A stretch of 44,498 nucleotides of DNA from a virus. Lineage: Duplodnaviria > Caudoviricetes. Both the position numbers and the translations under genes were made by a program. The notes beneath the pieces are model-generated. The model had not been told where the DNA came from, made no database searches, and saw nothing but the letters and a program-made list of their open reading frames with translations. The DNA lies in IMG/VR virus record IMGVR_UViG_3300042305_000436, positions 1 to 44,498 of that record, one strand, 5' to 3'. Within the stretch, counting starts at the first letter, position 1, and every line of letters begins with the position of its first letter. Positions 42,006-44,498 of the stretch are shown piece after piece.

Positions 42006-42383
42006 ATGGCGACCATCGCGCCGACGATCCAGAACATCAGCGACGAAGGCATCGGCAACGCCTCGTCGCGCGTCATCACCTGGGCGAACCTCACGCAGTC
42101 CGGCTCCGACGCCGGCGCCGAGGTGTCCTGGGTGGGCTTTCCCGACCGGGCCGTCCAGGTCGCCGGCACGTTCGGCGTCGGTGGCGCGGTCGTGATCGAG
42201 GGCTCGATCGACGGCGCCAACTGGGCGCCGCTCACCGACCCGCAGGGCAACGCGCTGTCGATCACGGCGGCCAAGATCGAGGCGATCACCGAGCTGGTGC
42301 GGTTCGTCCGCCCGCGCGTCACCGCCGGCGATGGCACGACCAGCCTGACGGTCTCGCTCATCGTGCGTTTCGGGGGGAAGTGA
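42006..42383 (+). CDS. Hypothetical beta-rich virion protein
   Basis: GAGGT RBS; VQV.GTFG.G..V.IEGS.DG..W..L.D pattern. Confidence 0.7.
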   Translation: MATIAPTIQNISDEGIGNASSRVITWANLTQSGSDAGAEVSWVGFPDRAVQVAGTFGVGGAVVIEGSIDGANWAPLTDPQGNALSITAAKIEAITELVRFVRPRVTAGDGTTSLTVSLIVRFGGK

Positions 42384-42384
42384 C

Positions 42385-42900
42385 ATGGCGAAGGATGTGA
42401 AGCCGGCGCCGGCGCCGGGCGAGCTGCTCGAGGCGGCCGAGCATGTCGGCAGGTTCCTGCGGGTGTTCGACGGGCTGAAGCGCGCGATGGAGTTCCTCGA
42501 GCAGAACGGCTCGATCCTACAGGCGTCGGCCGAGGCCAGCTCGAGGCTCGCAAAGGCGCTTGCCGACGCCGAGGCCGCCGAGGCCAGGGCGGCCGCGGCC
42601 AAGGCCGAGACCCTCAAGGCCGAGGCGCGCGCGCGCACGATCGTGTCCGACGCGCAGGCGCGCGCCGGCGTGGTCGAGGCCAAGGCCAAGGACGACGGCG
42701 ACAAGTTCATCGCGTCGGCGCGCGCGGAAGCCGCGCGCATCACCGACGCCGCCGCTGCCTCCGCGCAGGCGGTCAAGGCCAAGGCGGCCGAGATCGAGGC
42801 GTCCGTCGCCGAGACCGCCAAGGAGCTCACGGCCAAGACGGCGCAGCTCGAGGCGATCAAGGCCGAGATCGAGGCGGTCAAGGCCAGGCTGGCGGGGTAA
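42385..42900 (+). CDS. Ala/Lys/Glu-rich coiled-coil protein
   Basis: 171 aa with heptad-like composition and high GC3. Confidence 0.7.
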   Translation: MAKDVKPAPAPGELLEAAEHVGRFLRVFDGLKRAMEFLEQNGSILQASAEASSRLAKALADAEAAEARAAAAKAETLKAEARARTIVSDAQARAGVVEAKAKDDGDKFIASARAEAARITDAAAASAQAVKAKAAEIEASVAETAKELTAKTAQLEAIKAEIEAVKARLAG

Positions 42901-42906
42901 GCCGCC

Positions 42907-44055
42907 GTGGCTCATATCGTCAAGGACCGCGTCAAGGAAACGACGACGACGACTGGGACCGGCAGCATTGCGCTCGCCGGCGCAGCTACCGGCTTCGTCG
43001 CGTTCTCGTCGGTCTGCGCCAACAACGACACCGTCCAGTACGCAATCGTCGAGCAGAGCGGCTCTGCGTGGGAAGTCGGTCTCGGAACATGGAAGACCGG
43101 CAACACGTTGGAGCGCACGACCGTCTATGCGTCGAGCAATGCGGGTGCTGCGGTCAATTTCGCCGCAGGGACGAAGGATGTGTTCCTGACAATGGCCGCG
43201 TTCGCGCAGGACATTGATGTGCAGGAGTTCACAGCACTCGGAAGCAGCACATGGACGAAACCAGCATGGGCCAGATTCGTACAGGCTGAGTTGATTGGCG
43301 GCGGCGGCGGCGGTGGGAGTGGCGCACGAAACGCAACAACTGGAATAAGAGGCGGAGCCGGAGGTGGTAGCGGCGGAGCATACGTCGCGTATCTCTTCAA
43401 GGCATCTGATCTATCTAATTCAGAACCCGTATTTGTTGGCTCTGGAGGAGCTGGCGGCGCATCAATAACAACTGACTCGTCGGCTGGTTCTGATGGGTCT
43501 CCGGGGACGGCATCAACATTTGGAACGATACTCAACGCGGCTGGTGGCGGAAAGGGATTGGCAGGTTCTCTTGCCTCCGGAGGTTCAACTTTTGCTGCTG
43601 GAGCGGCTGGATCTGGGTTGGGTTCCGTTAGCGGAACAAATGGTGGAACTGGGAAAACAGCAGCCACCAACGCCGACGCAACAACAACTACATCTCTCCA
43701 ATCCACAGGTGGGGGCGGAGCGGGAGGAAGGGCTGCTTCGGTTACTTCCGATTCCAATGGCGGAAGCGGAGGAACAATCACGTCCGGTCCAACGCAATCA
43801 ACAAGCACCGCAGCTAATAACGGAACAAGCGGAGGCTCCGGTTCTGCCGGTAACAGCATCAACGTGTCTGGCAGATTGGTTGGGCGCGGAGGCGGTGGAG
43901 GCGGGTATCGCACGGCCCAAACGACAGGAGCCGGAGGGAACGGAGGCGCCTATGGCGGCGGCGGCGGTGGCGGAGCTGCCAGCGACAACGGTTTTGACAG
44001 CGGCAAGGGTGGAGATGGTGGAAACGGTTGGGTGAGGATCACGTCATGGCGGTGA
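42907..44055 (+). CDS. Glycine-rich fibre-like protein
   Basis: DRVKETTTTTGTG...WEVG.GT...NF.AGTKDVF.T N-terminal domain, then WTKP...GGGGGG and a GG.GG.G.VRI end. Confidence 0.75.
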   Translation: MAHIVKDRVKETTTTTGTGSIALAGAATGFVAFSSVCANNDTVQYAIVEQSGSAWEVGLGTWKTGNTLERTTVYASSNAGAAVNFAAGTKDVFLTMAAFAQDIDVQEFTALGSSTWTKPAWARFVQAELIGGGGGGGSGARNATTGIRGGAGGGSGGAYVAYLFKASDLSNSEPVFVGSGGAGGASITTDSSAGSDGSPGTASTFGTILNAAGGGKGLAGSLASGGSTFAAGAAGSGLGSVSGTNGGTGKTAATNADATTTTSLQSTGGGGAGGRAASVTSDSNGGSGGTITSGPTQSTSTAANNGTSGGSGSAGNSINVSGRLVGRGGGGGGYRTAQTTGAGGNGGAYGGGGGGGAASDNGFDSGKGGDGGNGWVRITSWR

Positions 44056-44279
44056 AGCAGTTCCTTCTCAACCCAGACAGCAGCATCCCTGCTGGCGCAA
44101 ACATCGCTGCGCTCTTGGAGGCTGGCATTCCGCTCGTCCTGCCGACACCGCGCTGGCGTCCTGCCGATGGCATGATGCTTGAAGAGCGCGATCCGCAGCG
44201 AGACGCGCAAGGCGTGTGGCGACAGGTTTGGGTGGAAGTCCCAGCGCCGACATCGCAGCCGCAAGAGGAACTCTCGTAA
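44046..44279 (+). CDS. Small protein following the Gly-rich fibre (possible chaperone)
   Basis: ATG overlaps the upstream 3' end; G.W.Q.W motif; shares the lower GC of the fibre C-terminus. Confidence 0.55.
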   Translation: MAVKQFLLNPDSSIPAGANIAALLEAGIPLVLPTPRWRPADGMMLEERDPQRDAQGVWRQVWVEVPAPTSQPQEELS

Positions 44280-44398
44280 TGCTGGGCGACACAAGCATCA
44301 GCGAACAACCAATCGCGTCCGTGACCGCGCCGCTTTCCCCGTTTGTGATCCCGAGCGGCGACTGGCTGATCATCGCGCGCAGGCGCAGGAGGCGGTGA
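44279..44398 (+). CDS. 39-aa peptide ending in poly-Arg
   Basis: TAATG coupling and GAGG RBS; MLGDTSISEQPIAS...WLIIARRRRRR. Confidence 0.5.
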   Translation: MLGDTSISEQPIASVTAPLSPFVIPSGDWLIIARRRRRR

Positions 44399-44399
44399 A

Positions 44400-44498
44400 A
44401 TGGCGACGATTTCCAGCGTGAAGATCGCCAACATGGCGCTCGACTACATCGGCGCGGACGCGACGATCGAAAGCCTGAGCGAGGCGTCGCCGACCGCG
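44400..44498 (+). CDS. Tail tubular protein A, N-terminal part (runs off the window end)
   Basis: GGAGG RBS; MATISSVKIANMALDYIGADATIESLSEASPTA shows the I.N.AL..IG...I.SL.E motif. Confidence 0.8.
   Translation, partial: MATISSVKIANMALDYIGADATIESLSEASPTA

Noticed and set aside
44495-44498. Terminal cgcg overlap as an exact circularisation point
   Set aside because: Four bases is expected by chance at this GC content; merging on it does not keep the tube A frame and a conserved segment would still be missing.

Overview
The window is a nearly complete, circularly permuted genome of a high-GC temperate podovirus-type phage, probably infecting an alphaproteobacterium. The tail tubular protein A gene is split between the two ends. 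It has a BPP-1/epsilon15-like head module (terminase, portal, Bbp19-like protein, scaffold, capsid, Bbp16-like cement) and T7-like tail tube and ejection proteins, including a 3260-aa polyvalent protein. It also has a LamG/SPRY fibre, a lysis cassette, a tyrosine integrase with an intact attP (3' half of tRNA-Phe) plus xis, a CI-like repressor, and a replication module (Sak4-like ATPase, SSB, Cas4-like nuclease, helicase, Prim-Pol). The most interesting signals come from reading the sequence by eye. (1) A candidate lysogeny switch: the repressor has lost its autocleavage motifs, a separate gene encodes a stand-alone copy of the repressor C-terminal domain (possible decoy antirepressor) whose RBS and start codon sit in a hairpin, and about 16 copies of a KTGACA-N5-RCA operator-like site are scattered genome-wide. 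(2) A 66-aa gene with its own RBS is nested out of frame inside the giant ejection protein, right after a foreign-looking domain cassette. (3) A PAPS-reductase-family gene is bounded by perfect 31-bp direct repeats. All functional calls rest on motif recognition and synteny; no database searches were run.
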